From NCBI GenBank assembly GCA_040220235.1, contig JAVJTO010000006.1: a stretch of 64,000 bases of DNA; one strand, 5' to 3'. The notes under the pieces were generated by a model that worked only from the letters and a program-made list of their open reading frames with translations, searched no databases and was not told the DNA's origin. Position numbers and translations under genes: made by a program. Each line of letters opens with the position of its first letter. The stretch's first letter is position 1. The DNA comes from Coleofasciculus sp. B1-GNL1-01. Its GTDB lineage: Bacteria; Cyanobacteriota; Cyanobacteriia; Cyanobacteriales; Coleofasciculaceae. Of the stretch, positions 1-9,569 are shown in pieces.

Positions 1-569
<569 letters not shown>

Positions 570-650
570 TCACTCAAGGCTAGGAATGGATTGGTAGGAT
601 TTTGGACGTTAGACTCACCCATCCTAGAAATAACGAGGTTGATCAGTGCG

Positions 651-705
651 ATCGTGATCCATTTTTACACTTGTTATCGATTGTTGCAGGATTTTTGGTT
701 CTCAT
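651..705. repeat. ~55-bp imperfect direct repeat, copy 1 (copy 2 at 2461-2514)
   Basis: atcgtgatccatttttacacttgttatcgattgttgcaggatttttggttctcat versus atcatgctccatttttatacttgttatcggttgttgcagggttttggttcttat. Confidence 0.85.
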
Positions 706-747
706 ACCAAATCCGGGTTAACTACCCCTTACCGAATAGATAGGCGA

Positions 748-2274
748 TTAACAGCCACCACCGCCGCAACCGCCGCAACCGCCGCCACCACCGCCCCCGC
801 AACCGCCGCCGCCACCACCCCCGCAACCAACGCCACTACCACGATTACTACTCACTTTACTCCTAGATACTGAAGTGAATACCATCTTTAAATCAGCCAA
901 CAAATCGTGTCGTAAAACTTTATTCCCCCAAATCGCAAATGCTAGAGCGAGTTGAGAATCTTCAGGACTTAAAACGTTTAAGGGGATACGGCTACGAAGA
1001 TCATGTAATACTTGATCACCATAGCGACTACGATGTTTTGGAGTCTCCGCTAAACATGAAATCATGAGACTTATAATAAGACACATGATAACTAAAAACC
1101 CCACCGATTTTCCTCGATAAATACCGACGCCTATTTTTGCCATGCCTAATCCTAACAGGGCAACGATTAAAAGGGTTGGATAAACTTGGACTTTAAATAA
1201 TTGCTCCTGGCTGATTAAGAGTTCAAGTTGGTGTAATCGATTTTTAATTTCCTCGATTATTACATCTATTGTTTGAGTCGCCTGTATCCGAACCCGATCA
1301 ATATGACAGCCATCTGACGTAATAGCGTTGGCAACGGCTTGCTCTACAGGATGAGACAATACTTCTACAGTTCCCACCAATGTCAAGGTTCGTTGTTCTG
1401 GCTGTACGGTTACATATTCCTTTTGGACAAGACTAGCGATCGCCGTATCCACAACCCGATTTTTACCTTCAGCCAGATAAGCTACTTCGTAAGGATTAAG
1501 AGATACGGGTTTTTCTACTAGATTGCCACCCGGTAGTCGCAGATAAACTTGGAGGCGGAAAGCGATGAATACAACACCAATGGATAACAGGAAGTAGAAA
1601 ATCAAAAATTCCGAACCTGTGAAGTTTAAGGGATTGGGAATTGTGTAAACAATTTGGCAACCCGTGACAACTGATGCCAAAATAAACAAAAGGAAGAGGA
1701 TGGCGGTGTGTTGGTGTTGCCGTTTGGGTAGCCAATTTAAAGATAGCTTAGGCACAATCCAGTTGTGCTGGGTATTCACCCGAACAACCTGTAAATCGCG
1801 CCCAAATCGGTCTTTGGGATCAGACCAAATATCGATGGGAGGAATCTGCCCAAAAAAGTGTTTGTAACTTTCTAATGTCCTACTATACAAGTCTTCAAAC
1901 TTCAACTGCTCCGATGAACCGCCGCGACTTGGCTCGTGATGCAATGGAGTTTGTAATATTTTTGGGCAAAACTCTTGCCAGTATGATCGCGTATAACTCA
2001 GATGTAAGTGCCAAACTTGATCAACCTGTTCCGATGGCGCGACTGGATGTCCTGCGGCAACAGCGAGAAAGGTAAACTTCTTGTATTCCTCAATTACTCT
2101 CTGAGTATAGTCTAATGACCAGCGGTTATCCTTTGCCAACCGTTTGCTGAACGATAATTGATCATCTAACTGATCCAATGAAAACGCCTGAATTCTTTTG
2201 TATAACTCTGTTTGTGGAGAGTCCATTGTTCTAAACTGGCTATTCATAGGTTTTGTTGACTGATTATATAGCAT
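748..2274 (-). CDS. Glycine-rich-domain / TIGR04222-like membrane protein with a Gly/Cys-rich C-terminal tail
   Basis: N-terminal IEEYKKFxFL...PSEQVDQVWHLHLSYTRSYW block, then GSEFLIFY...YEVAYLAEG membrane region and a GCGGGGGGGCGGCGGGGC tail. The true start may be a downstream Met. Confidence 0.8.
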   Translation of the reverse strand: MLYNQSTKPMNSQFRTMDSPQTELYKRIQAFSLDQLDDQLSFSKRLAKDNRWSLDYTQRVIEEYKKFTFLAVAAGHPVAPSEQVDQVWHLHLSYTRSYWQEFCPKILQTPLHHEPSRGGSSEQLKFEDLYSRTLESYKHFFGQIPPIDIWSDPKDRFGRDLQVVRVNTQHNWIVPKLSLNWLPKRQHQHTAILFLLFILASVVTGCQIVYTIPNPLNFTGSEFLIFYFLLSIGVVFIAFRLQVYLRLPGGNLVEKPVSLNPYEVAYLAEGKNRVVDTAIASLVQKEYVTVQPEQRTLTLVGTVEVLSHPVEQAVANAITSDGCHIDRVRIQATQTIDVIIEEIKNRLHQLELLISQEQLFKVQVYPTLLIVALLGLGMAKIGVGIYRGKSVGFLVIMCLIISLMISCLAETPKHRSRYGDQVLHDLRSRIPLNVLSPEDSQLALAFAIWGNKVLRHDLLADLKMVFTSVSRSKVSSNRGSGVGCGGGGGGGCGGGGGGGCGGCGGGGC

Positions 2275-2460
2275 TTGTAAATGAGTTGTAAACCTAGGAG
2301 ATCTTTTCTTAGATTACTTAAAAACCCTGTATCTCTTTCCCCTATTGCCTATTGCCCATTGCCCATTGCCTTTTTACCAGGTTCCTGTGTTCACGACCCA
2401 AATGAAAACGCTATAGCGATATTCTTCTCAATACAAATACTTATTCTTTGCTAATCTTCA

Positions 2461-2514
2461 ATCATGCTCCATTTTTATACTTGTTATCGGTTGTTGCAGG
2501 GTTTTGGTTCTTAT
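2461..2514. repeat. ~55-bp imperfect direct repeat, copy 2 (encodes the C-terminus of the HEAT protein)
   Basis: Matches 651-705 with about 6 substitutions and 1 indel. Confidence 0.85.
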
Positions 2515-5233
2515 CCTGATTTCTGCGTTCTGTGGCGTCCTCTATTGGTTCCGCGATTTCCTTTTCAAGAGGGCTTATCTTCACTCCTCTTTTCGTGGAG
2601 TGCAAATCCTGGATAACTGATTCCACAGTATTAGCTTGAGGGAAGTTTCCCGCTTTAAGGTTATTGTAATGGCGTTGGAGTACATCACTATCCTGAGACT
2701 TCCAAGAGACAAGACGAGTCACTACGGCTATCTTTTCGGCTAAATCATTTTGCAGTTGAGGTAAATCCTGAGCATTGTTCCAGACTTGGAGGAAGAGTTG
2801 CAGTGTTTTTTTACCCTCTTGATAGTTGAGGGCAGTGGGAATTGATTTAGGCAAGCCAACCCATTTCAACAGGGTTTTTACTTCATCAGTCCCCCCACTT
2901 AGGAAATAGGTTAAAAATCGCCATCGTTCAAAACCTTCAAGTTTCAACTGATTGGGTTCATAGACATTATCCAGGATAACAACAACCTCATTCAACTCCA
3001 ATTTTCGGAGATTAGCTAATGCCCTAGCCGTCCTAACATGAAAATATGAATTTACAGTTTCATCTTGGAGGAAATTGAGAATATCAGAGATGTATGGGGC
3101 GCTGACTTCCCCCAAATTGACTAATGTTCTAGCCGCCAAGCGGCGAATGTCTGAGTCAACGGTTTCATTCTGGAGAATATTAGCAATTTCAGGGATGTAC
3201 TGGATACCAACTTCCGCTAACTTCTCTAATATATCAGCCGCCTTGATCCGAACCTTAGGATCAACAGTTTCATCCTGGAGGAAGTTGAGAATCTCAGGGA
3301 TGTATTGGACGCTGATTTTTCCTAGATTGCTTAAGGCATCAGCTACGTCACCACGAACCGATGAGTCAACAGTTTCATCCTGGAGGAAGTTGAGAATTTC
3401 AGGCATATATTGGACGCTGATTTTGCCGAGATTGCTTAATGCATAAGCTGCCTGACCACGCACAGATGAGTCAACCGTTTTATCCTGGAGGATATGGGCA
3501 ATCTCAGGGATGTACTGGACACCAACTTCCGCTAACTTCTCTAGTATATCAGCCGCTTTGGCACGAACCTTAGGATCAACAGTTTCATCCTGGAGGAAGT
3601 TGAAAATCTCAGGGATGTATTGGACGCCGATTTCCCCTAGCTTGCTTAAGGCATAAGCTGCCTGACCACGCACCGATGAATCAACGGTTTCATTCTGGAG
3701 AAAATTGAGAATGTCAGGTATATATTGGACGCCGATTTCCCCTAGATTGCTTAAGGCATAAGCTACCTGACCACGGACATAAGAGTTAAGGGTTTCATCC
3801 TGGATAAAATTGAGAATGTCATGCATATATTGAACGCCAACATCTCCCATGTTTAATAATTTTTTAGCCGCCCATCCACGCACTCCATCATTAACGGTTT
3901 CATCCTGGAGTACGTTAGCAATTTCAGGAACGTATGGGACGCTAGCTTCTTCAAAATTGGCAAATGTAAATATTTCAGTCGCAAAGTAACGCACCCCATA
4001 ATCAATGGTTTTATCCTGAAGGAAGGTGAGAATCTCAGGTATGTATTGGACGCCGATTTTGCCGAGATTGCTTCTTGCTAATGCTATTGCCGCCGAACGC
4101 CGAACCTTAGGTTCAACGGTTTCATCCTGAAGGAAATTGAGAATATTAGGCATATATGGAGTGCTGCTTTCCCCCAGATTCTCTAATGCGATAGCCGCTC
4201 TGACACGAACCTCATTATCAACCGTTTCATCCTGGAGGAAATAGAGAATATCAGAGATGTATGGCGGGGTGGCTTCCCCCAAAGTAAGTAATGCCTCAGC
4301 CACCCCGCCACGAACGTTATCATCAACGGTTTTATCCTGTAGAATGTTAGCAAGCTCAGGGGTGTATGGGACAGTTTCCCCCAGATTCTTTAGCGCATTA
4401 GCTGCCGAGACACTAAAGCCATTATCAACAGTTTTATCCTGGAGAACGTTAGCAATTTCAGCGATATATTTTACGCCAGCTTTCCCCAGATACCCTAATA
4501 CTTTAGCTGCCAAGGTACGACCGACTAAATCAACGGTTTCATCTTGGAGAATATTGCCAATCTCAGGGGCGTATGGGACGCCAACTTGACCCAGATTTGA
4601 TAATGCTCTAGCCACCAAGCCACGAACTCCATCATCAACGGTTTCATCCTGGAGGAGGTTGAGCATCTTTGGGATATATTGGACGCCGCCTTGTCCTAGA
4701 TTTCCTAATGCTTCAGCTACCCTACCACGAACTCCCCAGCCAAGGGTGGTATTCTGGAGGAAGTTGAGCATCTCAGGAGTGTAGGGGGCGGCGGCTTCCC
4801 CCAGATTGCTTAATCCATCAGCCGCCCTCCAACGCGCCCCATCATCAAGGGTTTGATCCTGAATGAAATTCAGAATCTCAGGAACGTATAAAACACCAAC
4901 TTCCCCCAGATTTCCTAAGACTCTAGCTGCCGAGGCACGCACCCATACATCAATAGTTTCATCCTGGAGTAAGTTGGCAGCTTTCTGGGCAATATCCTCG
5001 GGTTTTTCAACCACCGTTTGCCAGTCTAAAGGCTGGTATGCAATTAATTGCTCCAAAGCATCCAGCTTTACCTCGTCATGCCCATCATCCAGAGCCGCGA
5101 CTATCCCATCAATCTGCCAAGATTGTGGCTGAGGTTTGGGCGGTTCTTGAGCGCTAACCCAAGGGAAGGCAAGTAGGAGCGTCAGAAACAGGGTAAACAG
5201 GAATAAGAAAAACGGGTTTTTGTGATTAGTCAT
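2462..5233 (-). CDS. Signal-peptide HEAT-repeat protein (paralogue 1)
   Basis: Hydrophobic N-terminus ending VSA-QEPPKP and about 19 tandem 35-aa repeats (QDETVD..VR..AA.AL.NLG...QYIPEILNFL). Confidence 0.9.
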   Translation of the reverse strand: MTNHKNPFFLFLFTLFLTLLLAFPWVSAQEPPKPQPQSWQIDGIVAALDDGHDEVKLDALEQLIAYQPLDWQTVVEKPEDIAQKAANLLQDETIDVWVRASAARVLGNLGEVGVLYVPEILNFIQDQTLDDGARWRAADGLSNLGEAAAPYTPEMLNFLQNTTLGWGVRGRVAEALGNLGQGGVQYIPKMLNLLQDETVDDGVRGLVARALSNLGQVGVPYAPEIGNILQDETVDLVGRTLAAKVLGYLGKAGVKYIAEIANVLQDKTVDNGFSVSAANALKNLGETVPYTPELANILQDKTVDDNVRGGVAEALLTLGEATPPYISDILYFLQDETVDNEVRVRAAIALENLGESSTPYMPNILNFLQDETVEPKVRRSAAIALARSNLGKIGVQYIPEILTFLQDKTIDYGVRYFATEIFTFANFEEASVPYVPEIANVLQDETVNDGVRGWAAKKLLNMGDVGVQYMHDILNFIQDETLNSYVRGQVAYALSNLGEIGVQYIPDILNFLQNETVDSSVRGQAAYALSKLGEIGVQYIPEIFNFLQDETVDPKVRAKAADILEKLAEVGVQYIPEIAHILQDKTVDSSVRGQAAYALSNLGKISVQYMPEILNFLQDETVDSSVRGDVADALSNLGKISVQYIPEILNFLQDETVDPKVRIKAADILEKLAEVGIQYIPEIANILQNETVDSDIRRLAARTLVNLGEVSAPYISDILNFLQDETVNSYFHVRTARALANLRKLELNEVVVILDNVYEPNQLKLEGFERWRFLTYFLSGGTDEVKTLLKWVGLPKSIPTALNYQEGKKTLQLFLQVWNNAQDLPQLQNDLAEKIAVVTRLVSWKSQDSDVLQRHYNNLKAGNFPQANTVESVIQDLHSTKRGVKISPLEKEIAEPIEDATERRNQDKNQNPATTDNKYKNGA

Positions 5234-5236
5234 TTG

Positions 5237-7900
5237 TCATTCTCCATTCAGGTTGAGGATAACTGACTCAACCGTATCAGCTTGGGGGAAGTTTCCCGCT
5301 TTGAGGTTATTGTAATGGCGTTGGAGTACATCACTATCCTGAGACTTCCAAGAGACAAGACGAGTCACTACGGCTATCTTTTCGGCTAAATCATTTTGCA
5401 GTTGGGGTAAATCCTGAGCATTGTCCCAGACTTGGAGGAAGAGTTCCAGCGTTTTTTTACCCTCTTGATAGTTGAGGGCAGTGGGAATTGATTTAGGCAA
5501 GCCAACCCATTTCAACAGGGTTTTTACTTCATCAGTCCTCCCACTTAGGAAATAGGCTAGAAACCGCCATCGTTCAAAATATGAATAATAAGTCATATGT
5601 TCATAGGCATTGCTTATAATAATCACAGCTTCATTTAACTTAAGCTTTCGGATATTTACTAATTCCTGAGCTGTCCGGTAACGAACCCATGAATCAACTG
5701 CTTTATTCTGAATTAATGTGAGAATATTAGGGATGTATGTAGCACTATTTTTATCCATTTTTCTTAATAAATCAGTTGCCGCACTACGAACCCGTAAGTC
5801 AACGGCTTCATCCTGAAGTAAGTTGAGAAGATCAGGAATGTATTGGCTGCTAACTTCCTCAAAATTGCCTAAGCGAATAGCCACATAGCGACGCGAATCG
5901 TTGCGAACAGTTTCATTTTGAAGATAATTGAGGAGTTCAGGAATGTATGTGGGTCTTGCTTCTCCCAGATCGACTAATTCCCGAGCTACCCAGTAATAAG
6001 TCCCTAAGTCAACGGTTTCATCCTGAATAATTTTGGCAAGATCAGAAGTGTATTTTGCTTCTCCTTGACCTAGATATTTTAAGGTTTTAGCAATCGCAAA
6101 ACGTATCCACGATTCAACAGTTTTGTTGTCGATAATACTGTTAATTTTAGGAATGTATGGGGCAGTAACTTCCCCCAGATAACCTAATGCTTCAACCGCC
6201 GCATTACGAACCTCTGAGTCAACGGTTTTATCTTGGATAATGTTGAGAATATCAGGGATGTATGGGGCAGTAACTTCCCCCAGATAACCTAATGCTTCAA
6301 CCGCCTCACTACGAACGTTAACATCAACGGTTTCATCCTGGATAATGTTGAGAATTTTCGGGATGTATGGATCGCTAGCTTCTCCCAGATTACCTAATGC
6401 ATCAGCCACATCACTACGAACGTAATCATAAATAATATCATCCTGGATAAATTTGAAAATATCAGATAGGTATGGGGTGCTGAATTTCCCCATATTTATT
6501 AATGCCTCAGCCGCCTCAGCACGAACTTCATCATCAACGGTTTCATCCTGGAAAATCTTGGCAATCTCAGGGGCGTATTGGGCAGCGACTTCTCCCAAAT
6601 TTCCTAATACATTAGCCGCCCAACGACGAGCGTATGGCTCAATGGTTTTATCCTGGAGTAACTTGAGAATATCAGGGATGTATTGGGCGTCGGCTGTATC
6701 CAAATTCTTTAATTGATAAGCCACCCAGGAACGAACTCTATGATCAATAGTTTCATTCTGGAGGAAATTAAGAATCTCAGGGATGTAGGGGGCGCTGGCT
6801 TCCTCCACAGTCCCTAATACATTAGCCGCCGAGAGACGAACCTCATCATTAACGGTTTCATCCTGGAGGAAGTTGAAAATCTCAGGAATGTATGGAGCGC
6901 TGGCTTTCCCCAGATACCTTAGTCCTCTAGCCGCTCTTTCACGAGCGTTATGATTAGCAGTGTCATCCTGGAAAAAGTTGAGAATCTGTGGGATGTATTG
7001 GACACCTGCTTCCTCTAGATCTAGTAATGCATAAGTTGCCTCGACACGAACCTGAGCATTAACTGTTTTATCTTGGACGAGGTTGGCAATCTCAGGGGCA
7101 TATTGGACGGCGACTTCTTCCCGATTACTTAATGCATCAGCCGCCCAACGACGAGCGTCTGAATCAACGGTTTCATCCTGAAGGAAATTAAGAATAGCAG
7201 GGATGTATGAAGTGCTAGCTTTCCCTAGACTGAGTAATGCTTCAGCTACCTTGCCACGCACGTTATCATCACAGGTTTCATCCTGAATAATTTTAGCCAT
7301 TTCCGGGGCATATTTGGCGGCGGATTCCCTTAGATTTCTTAATGCATAAGCCGCCTCATCACGGATCTCTGAGTCAATGGTTTCATCCTGGAGAAAGGTG
7401 AGAATTTGTGGAATGTATTGGACACCTGCTTCCTTTAGATGTCCTAGTGCATAAGCTGCCGAGACACGAACTGTGGAGTCAATGGTTTCATCTTGAAGAA
7501 AGTTGATAATCTGCGAGATGTATTGGGGGTCTGCTTCCTCTAGATATCTTACTAGATATCCTAATGCATCAGCCGCATCGCCACGAACTTCTGAGTCAAC
7601 GGTTTCATCTTGAAGAATATTGGCAACTTTCTCGGCAATATCTTCGGGTTCGTCCACCACAGCTTGGAAGTCGCGAAACTTCGAGTAATCAGCTAATTTC
7701 TGCAAAGCATACTCTTTTACCTGGTCATGCCCATCATCCAGAGCCGCAACTATCCCATTAATCTCCCAAGGTTTTGGCTTAGGTTTGGGGGGTTCTTGAG
7801 CGCTAACCCAAGGAAAGACAAGCTGAAGCGTCAAAAACAGAGTAAACAAGAAAAGGAAAAAGAAAGAAAATGGTTTGGTTGTATGAATGGTTTTTAACAT
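5237..7900 (-). CDS. Signal-peptide HEAT-repeat protein (paralogue 2)
   Basis: Same architecture as 2462-5233. The N-cap (GIVAALDDGHD) and ~105-aa C-cap (FERWRFL...VESVI) are nearly identical between the two genes. Confidence 0.9.
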   Translation of the reverse strand: MLKTIHTTKPFSFFFLFLFTLFLTLQLVFPWVSAQEPPKPKPKPWEINGIVAALDDGHDQVKEYALQKLADYSKFRDFQAVVDEPEDIAEKVANILQDETVDSEVRGDAADALGYLVRYLEEADPQYISQIINFLQDETIDSTVRVSAAYALGHLKEAGVQYIPQILTFLQDETIDSEIRDEAAYALRNLRESAAKYAPEMAKIIQDETCDDNVRGKVAEALLSLGKASTSYIPAILNFLQDETVDSDARRWAADALSNREEVAVQYAPEIANLVQDKTVNAQVRVEATYALLDLEEAGVQYIPQILNFFQDDTANHNARERAARGLRYLGKASAPYIPEIFNFLQDETVNDEVRLSAANVLGTVEEASAPYIPEILNFLQNETIDHRVRSWVAYQLKNLDTADAQYIPDILKLLQDKTIEPYARRWAANVLGNLGEVAAQYAPEIAKIFQDETVDDEVRAEAAEALINMGKFSTPYLSDIFKFIQDDIIYDYVRSDVADALGNLGEASDPYIPKILNIIQDETVDVNVRSEAVEALGYLGEVTAPYIPDILNIIQDKTVDSEVRNAAVEALGYLGEVTAPYIPKINSIIDNKTVESWIRFAIAKTLKYLGQGEAKYTSDLAKIIQDETVDLGTYYWVARELVDLGEARPTYIPELLNYLQNETVRNDSRRYVAIRLGNFEEVSSQYIPDLLNLLQDEAVDLRVRSAATDLLRKMDKNSATYIPNILTLIQNKAVDSWVRYRTAQELVNIRKLKLNEAVIIISNAYEHMTYYSYFERWRFLAYFLSGRTDEVKTLLKWVGLPKSIPTALNYQEGKKTLELFLQVWDNAQDLPQLQNDLAEKIAVVTRLVSWKSQDSDVLQRHYNNLKAGNFPQADTVESVILNLNGE

Positions 7901-7988
7901 AATGAAAATTGTGCCGAACCAGAAAGGCAGAAGGTTCTAAGACAGAAAGCAGCAGGCAAAGGCTTGCTTCTCGCTTGCACGAGTAGGA

Positions 7989-8019
7989 CAAATGACCAAT
8001 GACCAATGACCAATGACCC
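7989..8019. repeat. Heptamer short tandem repeat (CAATGAC)n
   Basis: caaatgaccaatgaccaatgaccaatgaccc. Confidence 0.85.
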
Positions 8020-8071
8020 ATAACTAAGCTATGGTATCGGATAATGCTTTAAATGCTAAGGAACTGGGAAA

Positions 8072-9424
8072 ATGAAGGTAGAGTTACAGACATTTTTTAA
8101 AGCAACGAACCCTAGCCGGACGCTGGTTGCAGACAATCCGGAAGACCAGAAATTTTATATCGACTTTTCCCCGGTACGCGGGGGGAAGATTATTGAGGAA
8201 CTTAAGGATAATATTACCTTTTTCTCCCCTGATGAACCTACCTGCGCCTTATTTACCGGACATATTGGCTGTGGCAAATCCACAGAGTTATTGCGACTGA
8301 AGGCAGAATTAGAAGCAGATGGGTTTCATGTCGTCTATTTTGAGTCGAGTGAAGACTTGGAAATGGCGGATGTGGATATTGGCGATGTGCTATTGGCGAT
8401 CGCACGGCGGATTTCTCAAAGTTTGCAAACCGTCCAACTCGGCAAATTGACGGGGTTACAGACGCTGGTACAGGGGGCTGCAAGGGTATTAAACGCTGAG
8501 GTGCAGGGGGTGAGAATTAAAGTGCCTAACCTGGGCGATGTGGGTGTTGTCTCTCAAAATGATACCGTTTCTCTGGCGTTTGGGATTGGTGAAATCACCG
8601 CGAAGACAAAAAGTGATGCGATGATGCGACAGCGACTAAATCAGTACCTCGGACCCCAGAAAACCCAACTCTTGCAGATCATTAATCAGGAACTGATCGA
8701 ACCTGCGATCGCGAAACTTAAACAGCAGGGTAAAAAGGGTTTAGTCGTGATTGTCGATAACCTGGATCGGATCGATAATAGCCCAAAACCCTGGGGGCGT
8801 CCACAGCAGGACTATTTATTTGTGGATCAGAGTGAATGTTTAACCAAGCTGTACTGTCATCTGGTTTATACTATGCCCTTGGCGCTGAAATTCTCCGATG
8901 ATTATGGGGTGTTGACGCAACGGTTTCCGGAACGACCGAAAATCTTGCCCATGGTTCCGGTACAGTTAAAAGATGGCAGCGATTGTCAAGCGGGAATCCG
9001 TTTACTGCGACAGATGGTTCTCGCACGGGCATTTCCGGATTTAACAGAACAGGAACGCCTGGAAAATTGTACTGAAATTTTCGATACTTTGGAAAGCTTA
9101 GACTATCTTTGCTACCGGAGTGGGGGTCATGTGCGCGATTTGTTAAAGTTATTGAATGATTGGATTAAAAAAGAACGAAAGTTTCCCTTGTCGCGCCCAA
9201 CTCTGGACAAATTAGTTCGACAATATCGCAATGAAATGACATTGAGAATATCGGATAATCAGTGGGAGTTATTGCGACAAGTGCAGCAACGGAAATGGGT
9301 AAGCGATGATCAGGGTTATGAACTGTTGATTCGCAGTCGGCTGGTGTTTGAATATTATTATGAGGATGAGTCTTGGTTTGATGTGAATCCGATTTTGGTT
9401 GATGCTCAAGAGTTACAGGGATAA
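8072..9424 (+). CDS. P-loop ATPase, cyanobacterial ATP-binding protein family
   Basis: Walker A GHIGCGKS, Walker B VVIVDNLDR, sensor-like SGGHVRDL, C-terminal WFDVNP. Confidence 0.85.
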   Translation: MKVELQTFFKATNPSRTLVADNPEDQKFYIDFSPVRGGKIIEELKDNITFFSPDEPTCALFTGHIGCGKSTELLRLKAELEADGFHVVYFESSEDLEMADVDIGDVLLAIARRISQSLQTVQLGKLTGLQTLVQGAARVLNAEVQGVRIKVPNLGDVGVVSQNDTVSLAFGIGEITAKTKSDAMMRQRLNQYLGPQKTQLLQIINQELIEPAIAKLKQQGKKGLVVIVDNLDRIDNSPKPWGRPQQDYLFVDQSECLTKLYCHLVYTMPLALKFSDDYGVLTQRFPERPKILPMVPVQLKDGSDCQAGIRLLRQMVLARAFPDLTEQERLENCTEIFDTLESLDYLCYRSGGHVRDLLKLLNDWIKKERKFPLSRPTLDKLVRQYRNEMTLRISDNQWELLRQVQQRKWVSDDQGYELLIRSRLVFEYYYEDESWFDVNPILVDAQELQG

Positions 9425-9480
9425 TATTTGAGGTAGGGGCGCAAGGGCTTCATCCATCATCCATGTAAACTTAAGCTTAA

Positions 9481-9522
9481 CCCCTCTCCCCCAGCCCCTC
9501 TCCCACCAGGGGAGAGGGGAGC
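9481..9522. repeat. GC-rich palindrome CCCCTCTCCC-accag-GGGAGAGGGG (REP-like or stem-loop)
   Basis: The inverted arms are visible between the ATPase and STAND genes. Confidence 0.6.
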
Positions 9523-9569
9523 AAGAAGGAAACGGTTAAGAGAATAGCCTCCATTATATAAAATGTAAT

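Noticed and set aside
3075..7761. Antisense ORFs over the HEAT genes
   Set aside because: Shadow frames of repetitive coding sequence.
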